64,000 nt of DNA from Bacteroidales bacterium (GTDB taxonomy: Bacteria; Bacteroidota; Bacteroidia; Bacteroidales; VadinHA17). The first letter of the stretch is position 1. Each line of letters opens with the position of its first letter. Shown piece by piece: positions 9,978 through 20,207 of the stretch. Location of the stretch: positions 1,560 through 65,559 of the forward strand of contig JAVEYS010000004.1 in the NCBI GenBank assembly GCA_034003345.1, written 5' to 3'. The translations under genes and the position numbers were made by a program. A model generated the notes under the pieces. The model saw only the letters and a program-made list of their open reading frames with translations, was not told where the DNA came from and did not search any database.

Positions 9978-11135
9978 ACTACTCCTGAGAGTTATTGAGA
10001 GTATCTCAGGTCTGGTGCCTATGCGCATGCGAGGGCCCCAGATACCGAAACCTGATGATACTATCACATGTGTTTTGCCGAACCTCTTATAGCCGTGACT
10101 TAACTCAAACATTCTGTCTGTTACGAGTGTAAAGGGCCACATCTGACCATTGTGTGTATGGCCTGACATCTGCAGATCGACCGTTGTGCCTGCCAGAGCT
10201 GCCAGTCCGTATGGCTGGTGATCAAGGAGTATGAGCGGGGCAGCAGCGTCGGTAACGGAGAGGAGGCTGTCAAGTGATGCCCGTCCGTTAACCCCTCCCT
10301 GCATGGCGGTCCTGTCAGTGCGCCCTGCTATCTGCATTCCGTTGTCAAGCCTTACAACCTCATCGGAGAGCATTCTGATCCCTTTGCTTTCAATATAAGG
10401 AATAGATTTTGCGAGATCACCCATGAACTCATGATTACCTGTTATGGCAAATTTTCCATACTTCAGTTCAGGGAGGGTCAGGTATGACAGGAGGTCATCG
10501 CGGAGCACCGGTCCTATGCTACCGTCAAGCAGGTCGCCGAGGAAAAGAACAATGTCAGGCTCCTCCTGGCTGATCATCCTGGAAAGATGACGCATGCTCC
10601 TCTTGCGTATGATGCTTCCGAGATGTATGTCAGAGACAGCAACAATTTTCATGCTGTCGCTACCGTCAGTGAATCGTTTGTTAATTGTCAGGTCATATCT
10701 GCTGGTGACAGGGTTGACGGCAGTGATGAAACCTATTAAGATAAGCAAAACAGTAGTTGTTGTTACGCCTGCAAAGAGCCATAGTCTTAATCGTGGAAGG
10801 ACTTCCGCAGGAATGAGATGGAAAGGTTTCTGGAGCAGTAACAGGATATCTGCAGTGAGCCAGATGAGAAAGCCATAGAGCATAAACGCCAACCAGAATC
10901 CCCCGATGACGTTCAGGATATCGGCGAAAACATTTGTAAATGTGTGTTCAAGAATTTTTCCCAAAACAAATGTCGATGCCAGCGCCAGGAATACCACAGT
11001 AAACCATGTTGTCTGGTATCCGGCTCCGGCAAGCGCACGTCGTCCTTTCAGATAGAGGTACAGGTTTGTCAGGATATAGACGGTAAGTACTACCGTCAGA
11101 AATATTGCCATCTGCTGCTTTCTGTCTAATGCCAC
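9969..11135 (-). CDS. membrane-anchored metallophosphoesterase (YkuE-like)
   Basis: 388 aa with about four N-terminal TM helices. Calcineurin-like motifs are present: VAVSDIHLG, GDLLDG, GNHE, GHTH. An alternative start is at 11111. Confidence 0.75.
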   Translation of the reverse strand: MALDRKQQMAIFLTVVLTVYILTNLYLYLKGRRALAGAGYQTTWFTVVFLALASTFVLGKILEHTFTNVFADILNVIGGFWLAFMLYGFLIWLTADILLLLQKPFHLIPAEVLPRLRLWLFAGVTTTTVLLILIGFITAVNPVTSRYDLTINKRFTDGSDSMKIVAVSDIHLGSIIRKRSMRHLSRMISQEEPDIVLFLGDLLDGSIGPVLRDDLLSYLTLPELKYGKFAITGNHEFMGDLAKSIPYIESKGIRMLSDEVVRLDNGMQIAGRTDRTAMQGGVNGRASLDSLLSVTDAAAPLILLDHQPYGLAALAGTTVDLQMSGHTHNGQMWPFTLVTDRMFELSHGYKRFGKTHVIVSSGFGIWGPRMRIGTRPEILSITLRSSSE

Positions 11136-12151
11136 TTCAGTTCCGAGTATTTCTTTCTTCTACGTATATAATACTCTAAAATGAGGGATTTGTTCATCAT
11201 CGTGTGCGGAGTATGATACATATCAGTGTGTGGAGTGATGGCACGGTATGTCTTTATTGCTGTTCGCTGTTTCCGGAAATGGTTGTGGGCCCTGATCACG
11301 GCGGCGGCGGCAGCCCGTCCTTCCCGGAAGAGGAGTATCACTGCCGCGATCCCGTCAAGCACCTGCCTTATGAAGATGGTTCGGCGGAGGAGTCTGGAAG
11401 GCAGGTTTTTGGCCATCATTATCAAGCTATTACGAAAGTTGTAATAGGTCTTTTCCGGGGATCCGTATGCAAGTGTGCCTCCTCCAACGTGATATACCAC
11501 GGCATGAGGGAAATAGTTTATTGAGTATCCTGCATTCTGCATTCTCCAGCAGAGGTCTATCTCTTCCATATGGACAAAAAACGATTCGTCAAAACCGTCG
11601 CACTGATCAAAGGCAGAGGCCCTGACAGCCATGCATGAGCCTGAGGCCCAGAATATCTCTATTGTGTCATCATATTGCCCCGTATCCTTTTCCAGCGCAT
11701 TGAAGATACGGCCCCTGCAGAACGGGTAGCCGAGGATGTCAATGAAACCGCCGGCAGCACCTGCATATTCAAATGATGATGGATCTTTATGTGACATGAT
11801 CTTTGGCTGACAGGCTCCTACATTCGGGTACATATCCATGAAGGTAGTAATCTTTTCTGCCCATCCTTTTTCCACACTGACATCGGAGTTGAGAAGAATG
11901 AAATATTCCGCCTCAACCTCCTTCAGCGCCCTGTTGTAACCACCGGCATATCCATAGTTCCTGTCTAGTTCTATAAGCCTGATCTCCGGGTGATTTGATT
12001 TTACCCATCGAACAGAATCATCGTTCGATCCGTTGTCGGCAATAACAATCTCCGTATCACCCGAAACGGTATTCCTGATTACATCAGGGAGGAACTGTTC
12101 AAGGAATGCCCTCCCGTTCCAGTTGAGGATAACAACCGATGTCTTTATCAT
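11126..12151 (-). CDS. family 2 glycosyltransferase
   Basis: Starts MIKTSVVILNWNGRAFLEQFLP. It has ADNGSNDDS and NYGYAGGYN motifs and a downstream DxD-type region. Its ATG overlaps the upstream stop as ATGA at 12148-12151. Confidence 0.8.
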   Translation of the reverse strand: MIKTSVVILNWNGRAFLEQFLPDVIRNTVSGDTEIVIADNGSNDDSVRWVKSNHPEIRLIELDRNYGYAGGYNRALKEVEAEYFILLNSDVSVEKGWAEKITTFMDMYPNVGACQPKIMSHKDPSSFEYAGAAGGFIDILGYPFCRGRIFNALEKDTGQYDDTIEIFWASGSCMAVRASAFDQCDGFDESFFVHMEEIDLCWRMQNAGYSINYFPHAVVYHVGGGTLAYGSPEKTYYNFRNSLIMMAKNLPSRLLRRTIFIRQVLDGIAAVILLFREGRAAAAAVIRAHNHFRKQRTAIKTYRAITPHTDMYHTPHTMMNKSLILEYYIRRRKKYSELKWH

Positions 12152-13029
12152 TTTGTTTGAGGTCTTTTGTATTTCCAGCGACGATGAGACCATAGCCAGT
12201 ATTCCGGTTTGGATCTGATCACTTCTTCAAGCATAGAGACATAGCGTGAGATAATGAAGTTGGGCTCCTCCTCACGGGGGTGTTCGGTTATCAGACGATA
12301 TTCAAGCTCGTAAAACCCCCGTTTTATTTTTCTGATATGCATGAATACTACCGGCATATCATATTTTACAGCCACTTTTTCCGCACCCCGGAAAAAACCT
12401 GTATCCTGGTTCAGGAAGGTGGTCCACATGGCGTTATCATCCCGGGGAGGAGTCTGGTCAGCCACAAACCCTGACATAGTACGGATATTTTCATTTCTGC
12501 AATTGACGAGATCTCTGAGAATGTGATTCATGGGTGAGACCCGCATACCGAATTTGGTTCTTATTTTCAGCATGAACCGGTCAAAATCCTTGTTTTTAAG
12601 TGGTTTATATATTGTTATTACCTGGTGAAGTGCGGAGAGTTGCAGGGCTGAGAGCCACTCCCAATTGTTGTAGTGACTGCTGAGTGCCACAACATCGCGG
12701 CCCTCTTCAAAGAAACGGTCGACGAGGGAAGTGTCTGTGACGGTGAAACGGCGGTTTATCTGCTGCGGGCTCATGTGAATAGGTTTGAGCGTATCTATGA
12801 ATATGTCGGAGAGATGCCTGTAGACTCGTCGTCCGATCTTTTTGAGTTCTTCCGGACTCTTCTCCGGGAATGCTCTCTTCAGGTTGTTTTCGACAACACT
12901 CCGCCGGTATTTCACAACATGGTATAACAGAAGAAAAAAGATGTCTGAGATCAGGTAGAGCACTTTGAAAGGCAACAGGGTGATAATGTAGTTGAAGACT
13001 ACGAAGATTATGTAACCAGCCTTTTTCAT
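12148..13029 (-). CDS. LpxL/HtrB-type lysophospholipid (lipid A) acyltransferase family protein
   Basis: 293 aa with an N-terminal TM helix and an HX4D/E-type motif (SSHYNNWE). Size and layout fit late acyltransferases. Its start overlaps the mtaB stop as ATGA. Confidence 0.7.
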   Translation of the reverse strand: MKKAGYIIFVVFNYIITLLPFKVLYLISDIFFLLLYHVVKYRRSVVENNLKRAFPEKSPEELKKIGRRVYRHLSDIFIDTLKPIHMSPQQINRRFTVTDTSLVDRFFEEGRDVVALSSHYNNWEWLSALQLSALHQVITIYKPLKNKDFDRFMLKIRTKFGMRVSPMNHILRDLVNCRNENIRTMSGFVADQTPPRDDNAMWTTFLNQDTGFFRGAEKVAVKYDMPVVFMHIRKIKRGFYELEYRLITEHPREEEPNFIISRYVSMLEEVIRSKPEYWLWSHRRWKYKRPQTK

Positions 13030-14333
13030 TTGATTGTGTTGTCAGTCAGTTCTCCGTTCATAGAAGCGTCATTACGGGTTGTTGTAAGTCTGACCTGCCG
13101 CACTGTACCCGGGAGCTCTTTTCTCCAGGGTACCATGACCCTGATATAGTTACCCGTCAGTCCGGCAACCATGTTGTCGGAGCTTCTCTTTTCAAACAGC
13201 ACGTCATGTATCTCACCTTCGGCATTGCGCATCAGGCTCATGCGTTTACTCTCAGACAGTTTTATCAGCTTCCTGCTGCGCCGGATTTTATCCTCTTTTC
13301 GCACCTTTCCCGGCATTGTTGCTGCCGGCGTCCCCGGACGCGGTGAATAGGCAAAGACATGCAGGTATGAGACAGGCAGGCTTTCGAGAAACCGGAAGGT
13401 ATCCTCGAAATCTTCTTCAGTTTCACCCGGGAAACCGACAATAACGTCAGCTCCTATACCTGCATCAGGCATGCGCTCCTTTATTTTTATCACCTTGTCA
13501 CGGAATACTTCTCTCTTGTAGCGGCGGTGCATGAGTCCGAGTATCTTGTCACATCCACTCTGCAGAGGCATATGGATATGAGGCATAATCACCTTTTCCC
13601 TGGCAATCAGTTCTATGATGGCCTCGGTGACAAGATTGGGCTCTATTGAAGAGAGACGGAGTCTTCGAAGCCCTTTAATGCCAACGAGAGTGCTGAGTAA
13701 CTGTTCGAATGTCTCACCGGTGCTCTTTCCGAAATCGCCTACATTAACGCCAGTGAGCACTATCTCCATGACACCTGATGCAATTATTCTGTCTGCTTCT
13801 TCAACGATCTCGCTGATGAATGGGTTCCGGCTTCTGCCTCTGGCCAGGGGAATGGTACAGTAGGAGCAGTGGTAGTCGCACCCGTCCTGCACCTTGAGAA
13901 ATGAGCGTGTGCGATCTCCTGCAGACCATGATGATATGAATTCTTTGGTGTCAATGGTCTCACACGAGTGTGTCTCCGGGACTGTATGTTTGTCAACATT
14001 GTCAATATAAGATGCAATGTCAAACTTCTCATATGTACCCAGAACAAGATCAACCCCTTCTATGGCTGCCGCCTCCTCCTGCCGTAACTGAGCGTAACAG
14101 CCGACAATCGCAATAAAGGCATCAGGATTATGGTGAATGATTTTTCTTACCGTCTGCCGGCATTTGCGATCGGCCGCTTCCGTGACGGTACAGGTATTTA
14201 TCACATAGAGGTCAGCATGACTGTCGGGTGACACTCTTTCAAACCTTTCCTCCGGGAAGGTCCTGGCAATAGTGGAAGTTTCAGCAAAATTAAGCTTGCA
14301 TCCCAATGTGTGAAACGCTACTTTCTTCTTCAA
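13026..14333 (-). CDS. mtaB: tRNA t6A37 methylthiotransferase MtaB (radical SAM)
   Basis: 435 aa. It has the N-terminal UPF0004 block KVAFHTLGCKLNFAETS, the radical-SAM CDYHCSYC motif and a C-terminal TRAM-like region. Confidence 0.85.
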   Translation of the reverse strand: MKKKVAFHTLGCKLNFAETSTIARTFPEERFERVSPDSHADLYVINTCTVTEAADRKCRQTVRKIIHHNPDAFIAIVGCYAQLRQEEAAAIEGVDLVLGTYEKFDIASYIDNVDKHTVPETHSCETIDTKEFISSWSAGDRTRSFLKVQDGCDYHCSYCTIPLARGRSRNPFISEIVEEADRIIASGVMEIVLTGVNVGDFGKSTGETFEQLLSTLVGIKGLRRLRLSSIEPNLVTEAIIELIAREKVIMPHIHMPLQSGCDKILGLMHRRYKREVFRDKVIKIKERMPDAGIGADVIVGFPGETEEDFEDTFRFLESLPVSYLHVFAYSPRPGTPAATMPGKVRKEDKIRRSRKLIKLSESKRMSLMRNAEGEIHDVLFEKRSSDNMVAGLTGNYIRVMVPWRKELPGTVRQVRLTTTRNDASMNGELTDNTIK

Positions 14334-14380
14334 GACTAAACGGTTACTTTTCCGGCAACAAAAATAATAAAAAAGCCGGT

Positions 14381-15718
14381 CTAAAGCAGTCTGCTTGCCA
14401 GTTCTGCCAGGAAGCTCCTTTCACCCTTAATAAGGTGTACATGAGCGAAGAGATCGAGACCTCTCATTTTGTCAGACAGGTAACTCAGACCGTTGGACCC
14501 CGAGTCAAGATATGGTGAGTCGATCTGCTCAATATCTCCTGTAAAGATCATCTTCGTCCCTTCACCTGCCCTGGTGATGATTGTTTTAACTTCATGAGGG
14601 GTGAGGTTCTGTGCCTCGTCAACGATGAAGAAGATATTTGAGAGGCTTCTCCCCCTGATATATGCAAGTGGGGTGATGACAAGCTTCTCATCTTTGATCA
14701 TGTCATTTATGCGAATGAACTCAGGGCTCTGGGCACTGAAACGGTGCTTGATGACTGTCAGATTGTCAAACAGAGGTTGCATATAGGGATCCATCTTTTC
14801 TTTGACGTCACCTGGCAGGAAACCCATATCGCGGTTTGCAAGAGGAACTATAGGCCTTGCAAGGAATATCTGCTTGTAGCGTTTGTGCTGATGAAGCGCT
14901 GCAGCCAGGGCCAGCAGCGTCTTGCCTGTTCCTGCTTTACCCGTCAGTGACACCAATTGTATGTCAGGGTCGCAGAGAGCATCCAGGGCAAAGGTCTGCT
15001 CTGCATTGCGTGGGTCAATGCCGTAAGTGGTCTGCTTAAGCACTCTTACCAGCATTTTTGTGGCGGGGTTATAGTGCGCCAGGGCACTGGAGTTGCTGTT
15101 GCGAAGGATGAAAAAATGATGCCCCGGCTCCTGATCCTTTACCTTGAGCTCTGAGGCAGGCACTCCCTCGGCTTGCTCGTAAAGCTTATTGATAAGAGCA
15201 TGATCAATGTTCTCAATGGTCTTGATTCCTTTGTAGAGATCATCAACATTAGCCACCTTATCATTCTGATAGTCCTCGGCCCTTACACCCAGCGACTTGG
15301 CCTTCATCCTCAGGTTTATGTCTTTGGTGATAAGAACAACAGTCTTGTCCTTGTTCTCCTGCGTGATAAAATCAGCTATGGCCAGTATACGGTGATCCGG
15401 AGTCCTCTCAGGAAATGATTCAGAGACCCGGTCTGAAAACTGTTTGCCAGTCTCAATATGCAATGTCCCCAGCTTGTCTCCCAACGGAATCTTGCCCGTA
15501 AGAAGCATGTCTCCTGCAATCTTATCGAGCTCACGCGTGAACTCCCGTGCGTGGAAGTTGATCATATCATTACCGCGCTTGAACTTATCAAGCTCCTCAA
15601 GCACGACGATGGGAATGATAACATCGTTTTCCTCAAAGTTGTAAATGCATGTATAATCATGCAGTAACACGTTGGTGTCCAGGATAAAAATCTTCTTTTC
15701 TTTTGTCTTTTTCGCCAT
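14381..15718 (-). CDS. PIN-domain PhoH-like ATPase (YlaK family)
   Basis: 445 aa. The N-terminal PIN domain (FILDTNVLLHD, ITKDINLRMKA) is followed by a PhoH P-loop (LTGKAGTGKTLLALA) and GDIEQID. Confidence 0.85.
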   Translation of the reverse strand: MAKKTKEKKIFILDTNVLLHDYTCIYNFEENDVIIPIVVLEELDKFKRGNDMINFHAREFTRELDKIAGDMLLTGKIPLGDKLGTLHIETGKQFSDRVSESFPERTPDHRILAIADFITQENKDKTVVLITKDINLRMKAKSLGVRAEDYQNDKVANVDDLYKGIKTIENIDHALINKLYEQAEGVPASELKVKDQEPGHHFFILRNSNSSALAHYNPATKMLVRVLKQTTYGIDPRNAEQTFALDALCDPDIQLVSLTGKAGTGKTLLALAAALHQHKRYKQIFLARPIVPLANRDMGFLPGDVKEKMDPYMQPLFDNLTVIKHRFSAQSPEFIRINDMIKDEKLVITPLAYIRGRSLSNIFFIVDEAQNLTPHEVKTIITRAGEGTKMIFTGDIEQIDSPYLDSGSNGLSYLSDKMRGLDLFAHVHLIKGERSFLAELASRLL

Positions 15719-15846
15719 AACAGGATAAGTTTAAAGTGATGACAGCCCCGGCGCAGATGTTATCACACCAACAAAGATAGCTGCTGAGTGAACTGTCAGT
15801 GGCCACTTTTTGTAATTTTGCGAACAACCGTACAAAGGTTATCAAC

Positions 15847-17166
15847 ATGACATATACCGAGACAATAAATTACCTTTTCAGCCTCTTGCCTGCATACCAT
15901 CGTGTAGGTAAGCCTGCATACAAAGGAAATCTGGACAATACACTGGAGCTTGATGAGTACTTCGGCCATCCGCATACAAAATTCCGGACGGTACATGTGG
16001 CGGGCACCAACGGGAAGGGATCAGTTTCACATATGATAGCATCGGTGATGCAGGAGGCAGGCTACCGTACCGGCCTTTACACATCTCCGCATCTGCTGGA
16101 TTTTCGTGAGAGGATCAGGATCAACGGGAAGATGATCGGAGAAGAGTATGTTGTTGAGTTTGTGGCTGAACATGATGAGCTTATCAGAAGGATGAGACCC
16201 TCTTTCTTCGAGCTTACAGTAGCACTCGCCTTTGATTACTTCGCAAAAATGAATGTTGATATTGCCATCGTTGAAACAGGGATGGGTGGCAGGCTCGATT
16301 CCACAAATATTATTACTCCGTTGCTCTCAGTGATAACTAACATAGGACATGATCATATGGAGTTTCTTGGCGATACTCTTGGAGCTGTCGCCGGCGAAAA
16401 AGCGGGCATAATTAAAGAGGGAGTGAGTGTTATCATAGGCGAGACACAGCCTGAGACCAGCGATGTTTATCTGGCGAGGGCGGGGGCAATGGAAGCGCCT
16501 GTCTGGTTTGCTGACAGGCTATTCAGATGCAGACTCGGGAAACTGGATATAAACAGTATGACAAGGCACTTTACCCTGAAGAACCTCCAAAACGGTAATG
16601 TGTTGAGCGGAGAGACGCCACTGGGTGGGCTGGCACAACAAAAAAATATACAGACGACAGCGGCAGCGGTTGAAACACTCTCTGCCGCGCTGGATATAAG
16701 TCGCGCCAATTTAATGAGGGGTGTCTCAGAAGTGGTTGCCAATACCGGACTGATGGGCCGCTGGCAGGTGCTTGGGCGCTCGCCTCTCATGGTATGCGAT
16801 ACCGGCCATAACAGAGAAGGGCTGGAGTACGTTATCAGGCAGATCCGGGCAACGCCGAAGCATACACTGCATATGGTGATCGGTTTTGTCAGCGACAAAG
16901 ACCTGACCTCTGTGCTGCCTCTCTTCCCGCATGATGCCAGATATTACTTCACGAAGGCTTCGGTACCAAGGGCGCTGGATGAAAGGCTGCTCATGACCGA
17001 GGCCGGAAAGTATGGCCTTTCGGGCTCAGACTATCCGGGTGTTGCAGCTGCCATGATAGCAGCACAGACCTGTGCCGGACCGGAGGATATGATATTTATC
17101 GGAGGCTCAACCTTCATCGTGGCAGACGCCCTCAGATCTGATCTTGCAGGCAGCCCACAGATATGA
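15847..17166 (+). CDS. folC: bifunctional folylpolyglutamate synthase/dihydrofolate synthase
   Basis: Starts at MTYTETINYLFS (the ORF is open from 15799). It has the Mur-ligase-type P-loop VHVAGTNGKGS and IVETGMGGRLDSTN. Confidence 0.85.
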   Translation: MTYTETINYLFSLLPAYHRVGKPAYKGNLDNTLELDEYFGHPHTKFRTVHVAGTNGKGSVSHMIASVMQEAGYRTGLYTSPHLLDFRERIRINGKMIGEEYVVEFVAEHDELIRRMRPSFFELTVALAFDYFAKMNVDIAIVETGMGGRLDSTNIITPLLSVITNIGHDHMEFLGDTLGAVAGEKAGIIKEGVSVIIGETQPETSDVYLARAGAMEAPVWFADRLFRCRLGKLDINSMTRHFTLKNLQNGNVLSGETPLGGLAQQKNIQTTAAAVETLSAALDISRANLMRGVSEVVANTGLMGRWQVLGRSPLMVCDTGHNREGLEYVIRQIRATPKHTLHMVIGFVSDKDLTSVLPLFPHDARYYFTKASVPRALDERLLMTEAGKYGLSGSDYPGVAAAMIAAQTCAGPEDMIFIGGSTFIVADALRSDLAGSPQI

Positions 17167-17212
17167 CCTCGCAGACAGCCCTCAGATCTAACCTCGCAGG
17201 CAGCCCTCAGAG
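17133..17212. repeat. 25-bp tandem repeat, 3.2 copies, spanning the folC stop codon
   Basis: The units are cagatctgatcttgcaggcagccca, cagatatgacctcgcagacagccct and cagatctaacctcgcaggcagccct, then a partial cagag. The folC stop at 17164-17166 lies in unit 2. Confidence 0.85.
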
Positions 17213-17428
17213 TAATGTGCCATAAAGCTAAGTCTGCAACATCACAGCTATGTGCCCTTGCGTCAGAGGCGGACGGCAAAAAAACTTGACTTCACCTGTT
17301 TCAGAGTGTAAATTTGTTAATCATCAATGCAATAACCTGTTGAGAGACTTCAAGAGGAGAGGCCCGGTATTTCTGAAGAATAGTAGGATGTGTTTACGAT
17401 AATCTTAATAACCAGTACCTAAAAACAA

Positions 17429-18097
17429 ATGGCCATGAAAAAACCTGCACTCTTAATTACAGCTCTTTTCGTTGCTGCATTATCACTTGGCGCTCAGCCG
17501 CAACTCAAAAAAGGCAACCTGCTGCTTAGCGTCACATCAACCATCTCAATGGATGGTGCATGGGGCTCAGAACTCATGAGCCTTGGATTTTCCAACACAA
17601 AGTACAAATATGGCTCAGACCCGGCCGAGGATGCTTATAAGTGTACCCACTATAACTTATTGCCAAGGGCTGGTTATTTTGTTATGGATAATCTTGCTGT
17701 TGGACTGGAAGCAGTAATAAGTGGCTACAAAGAAAAAAGCGCCAATGATTATGATAATTATAGTGAGGCAATGATTGGCGCCGGTCCGTTTGCCAGATAT
17801 TTCTACCCTATGGAAAAGTTCTATCCATATGGAGAGATAGAGGCACTCTTCGGGTCAGAAAAATCCGGATATAATGATAACGACTATAAATCCGGTTTCT
17901 TCTTGTTCGGCATTTATCTGGGGGCTGCTGTCCCGCTTGGTGAAAAGGTGACTTTTGATACTCAGATCGGGTACACCCGTATGACTTATTCACATAAAGG
18001 AACCGGAGTGGAAGATATGGATACCAAAGAGATCACCGGCGGGGTTGTTTTAAAAATGGGATTTTCAGTTTACCTGCCGCTACCACAGAATCCCTGA
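17429..18097 (+). CDS. small outer-membrane beta-barrel protein (OmpW/OmpA-like porin family)
   Basis: 222 aa with signal peptide MAMKKPALLITALFVAALSLGAQ. Amphipathic beta strands alternate along the sequence, with aromatic girdle residues. Confidence 0.55.
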   Translation: MAMKKPALLITALFVAALSLGAQPQLKKGNLLLSVTSTISMDGAWGSELMSLGFSNTKYKYGSDPAEDAYKCTHYNLLPRAGYFVMDNLAVGLEAVISGYKEKSANDYDNYSEAMIGAGPFARYFYPMEKFYPYGEIEALFGSEKSGYNDNDYKSGFFLFGIYLGAAVPLGEKVTFDTQIGYTRMTYSHKGTGVEDMDTKEITGGVVLKMGFSVYLPLPQNP

Positions 18098-18401
18098 ACA
18101 GTAATTTTAAATGATCACTTTCGTTAATCCCCCGCAGCTTGCTGCGGAAGATGTGGCCGGGGCTTGCTCCGGGGTTAATACCATTTATTAAAAACTTAAT
18201 TCTTTTAGAAGGCTCCGTACAAGGAAATAAACCGGGGGAGGTATTATTATGCAGTAATCTCCGGGTTTGTTGTTGAAGCTTTTTTCCTAACTTAATACCC
18301 GAATATTGATCACATTAAACTCATATGTATTGGAAAAAAACACAATGATAACAAGATCAGTAATATATGGGTTCTGCTATTCGGCTGAAAATAATTTTAT
18401 T

Positions 18402-20207
18402 ATGATGAAAAGACTCGCTCTGTTAATTATGGTTGTTTCGTTTTCTCTCCTTACCCTGGATGCACAGGATGGGAAGAGACTGACTATTCTTCATACAAAC
18501 GACTTCCACTCCCATCTCCAGGGCTTTGCTCCGGAGTCAGCCTATACGCCTGGGGTGGCAGACAATGATCCCACTGTAGGCGGATTCTCCCGTATTGCCG
18601 GAATAATCACCGAAGTAAGAGCAGAGAACCCTGGCAATACATTGGTTGTTGACGGTGGTGACTGCCTGATGGGCACACTCTTCCACGCCCTGGAGCCTGA
18701 GTCGGGTTTCCAGCTCTCGCTGATGAAACAAGCCGGCTATGACGTGGTGGCTATGGGAAACCACGATTTTGACTTTGGCCCGGCTGCATATGCCGGCATT
18801 ATCAGGAAATCAGTCCAGAGGGGAGAGATACCTGTGATACTCATGGGAAATGCCATAACCGACCCGGACGATCCCGGTGATGATGCTTTTGAAGCTGTAA
18901 TGAATGACGGTCTTATTAAACGGTGGTATGTTACTGAGGTAGACGGATTAAAGATAGGCCTGTTCTCACTGCTGGGGAAGGATGCTGACAACTCTGCACC
19001 ATACGCACCGCCGGTGACTTTTGAAAAGATTGTCAGTTCTGGCAAATACCTCGTGAAAGAGTTGCAGCAGCAAGGATGTGATGTGATTATATGTCTGTCA
19101 CACAGTGGTATAGTAAAAGATAAAAAAGGCCGATGGACTGGGGAGGATGTTGAACTGGCAAAAAAGGTTAAAGGAATTAATCTCATTGTCTCCGGCCACA
19201 CACATACTCTGCTTGATCAGCCTCTGATGGTGAACGGTGTGCCGATTGTGCAGGCAGGCAGTGCAGGCATGTTTATGGGCAGGGCTGAACTTGTTGTAAG
19301 AGACAACAGCGTAAAACTTGAGACTTATGAACTCATTAAAGTGGATGATAATATAACTGCTGATAGCCTGATACAGATGGCCATTATTGAACAGGAAAAA
19401 GCTATTGACAGCATTATCCTTAAGCCACTTGGAATGGAATACTCACAACCTGTTGCTGTTACCACGTTTCCACTTGACGTTGATGAATACGGCGATATTG
19501 CAGGAAGCAATATGGGCGCAATGGTGGCTGATGCCATTTACTGTTATTTTAATAATGATGGTCCGGGAGCTGATATTGCATTGGTGGCGGCGGGTGTAAT
19601 AAGAGACCCGTTAATGCCAGGTGCTCAGTGCGTGCCGGATATCTTCAGAGTGATGTCGCTGGGATCCGGCAACGATAAGGTGCCGGGATATTCTCTTTCA
19701 AAAGTATGGGTTACAGGAAGGGAACTGAAAAATATTGCCAGGATTCTGATATTTCTGTCGTCATCAACACCCTCAAACTTCTGCTACTACTCCCATCTTA
19801 ATATCGAGTATGACCCTGATCGTTTGTTCGGCAAAGTGCGTAAAATTGAATTAACTGACCAGGAGGGGAAGGTTACGGAGGTGAATACCTCAAAGAAAGA
19901 CAAAAGGCTATATTCAATTGTTGCAAACTCATATATGCTTGACAATCTCGGGTTAATAAAGAAGAAAACATTTGGCTTGGTGAGCCTTGTACCCAAGGAT
20001 GTAAGTGGTAACCCGATTACTGATATGGATAATGCTGTTTCTGACTTCAACCCGGCCATGCCCGGGATACAGGAAGGGAAGGAGTGGCTGGCACTGGTGA
20101 GATTCATCCGGCAGTTTTCACCGGAGAGTGAGGGAGGTCTGCCGGCAATACCTGAAATGTATCGCGATCCTGCAAGATCACTTGTTCCGGTAAACAGCAG
20201 AAAGTGA
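18402..20207 (+). CDS. secreted bifunctional metallophosphatase / 5'-nucleotidase (UshA-like)
   Basis: Probable start at MMKRLALLIMVVSFSLLTLDAQ; the track ORF starts at a TTG at 18306. It has LTILHTNDFHSHL, GGDCLMG, GNHDFDFG and SGHTH metallophosphatase motifs plus a C-terminal 5'-nucleotidase-like domain. Confidence 0.75.
   Translation: MMKRLALLIMVVSFSLLTLDAQDGKRLTILHTNDFHSHLQGFAPESAYTPGVADNDPTVGGFSRIAGIITEVRAENPGNTLVVDGGDCLMGTLFHALEPESGFQLSLMKQAGYDVVAMGNHDFDFGPAAYAGIIRKSVQRGEIPVILMGNAITDPDDPGDDAFEAVMNDGLIKRWYVTEVDGLKIGLFSLLGKDADNSAPYAPPVTFEKIVSSGKYLVKELQQQGCDVIICLSHSGIVKDKKGRWTGEDVELAKKVKGINLIVSGHTHTLLDQPLMVNGVPIVQAGSAGMFMGRAELVVRDNSVKLETYELIKVDDNITADSLIQMAIIEQEKAIDSIILKPLGMEYSQPVAVTTFPLDVDEYGDIAGSNMGAMVADAIYCYFNNDGPGADIALVAAGVIRDPLMPGAQCVPDIFRVMSLGSGNDKVPGYSLSKVWVTGRELKNIARILIFLSSSTPSNFCYYSHLNIEYDPDRLFGKVRKIELTDQEGKVTEVNTSKKDKRLYSIVANSYMLDNLGLIKKKTFGLVSLVPKDVSGNPITDMDNAVSDFNPAMPGIQEGKEWLALVRFIRQFSPESEGGLPAIPEMYRDPARSLVPVNSRK

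Noticed and set aside
14381-15718. PIN-domain protein as a VapC-type toxin or defence gene
   Set aside because: The PIN domain is fused to a full PhoH ATPase, which is the conserved housekeeping-type YlaK architecture. There is no adjacent antitoxin-sized ORF.
16467-16898. 143-aa ORF antisense to folC, and a similar 154-aa ORF at 18737-19201 antisense to the nucleotidase gene
   Set aside because: Both lie wholly within confidently assigned genes and have low-complexity Ser/Pro/Thr-rich translations.
18132-18174. Two adjacent GC hairpins (ccgcag-cttg-ctgcgg and ccgggg-cttg-ctccgg) after the outer-membrane protein gene as a possible structured RNA
   Set aside because: They are short, lack a T-tract and are most simply terminator or stability hairpins. 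No further copies were seen in the window.
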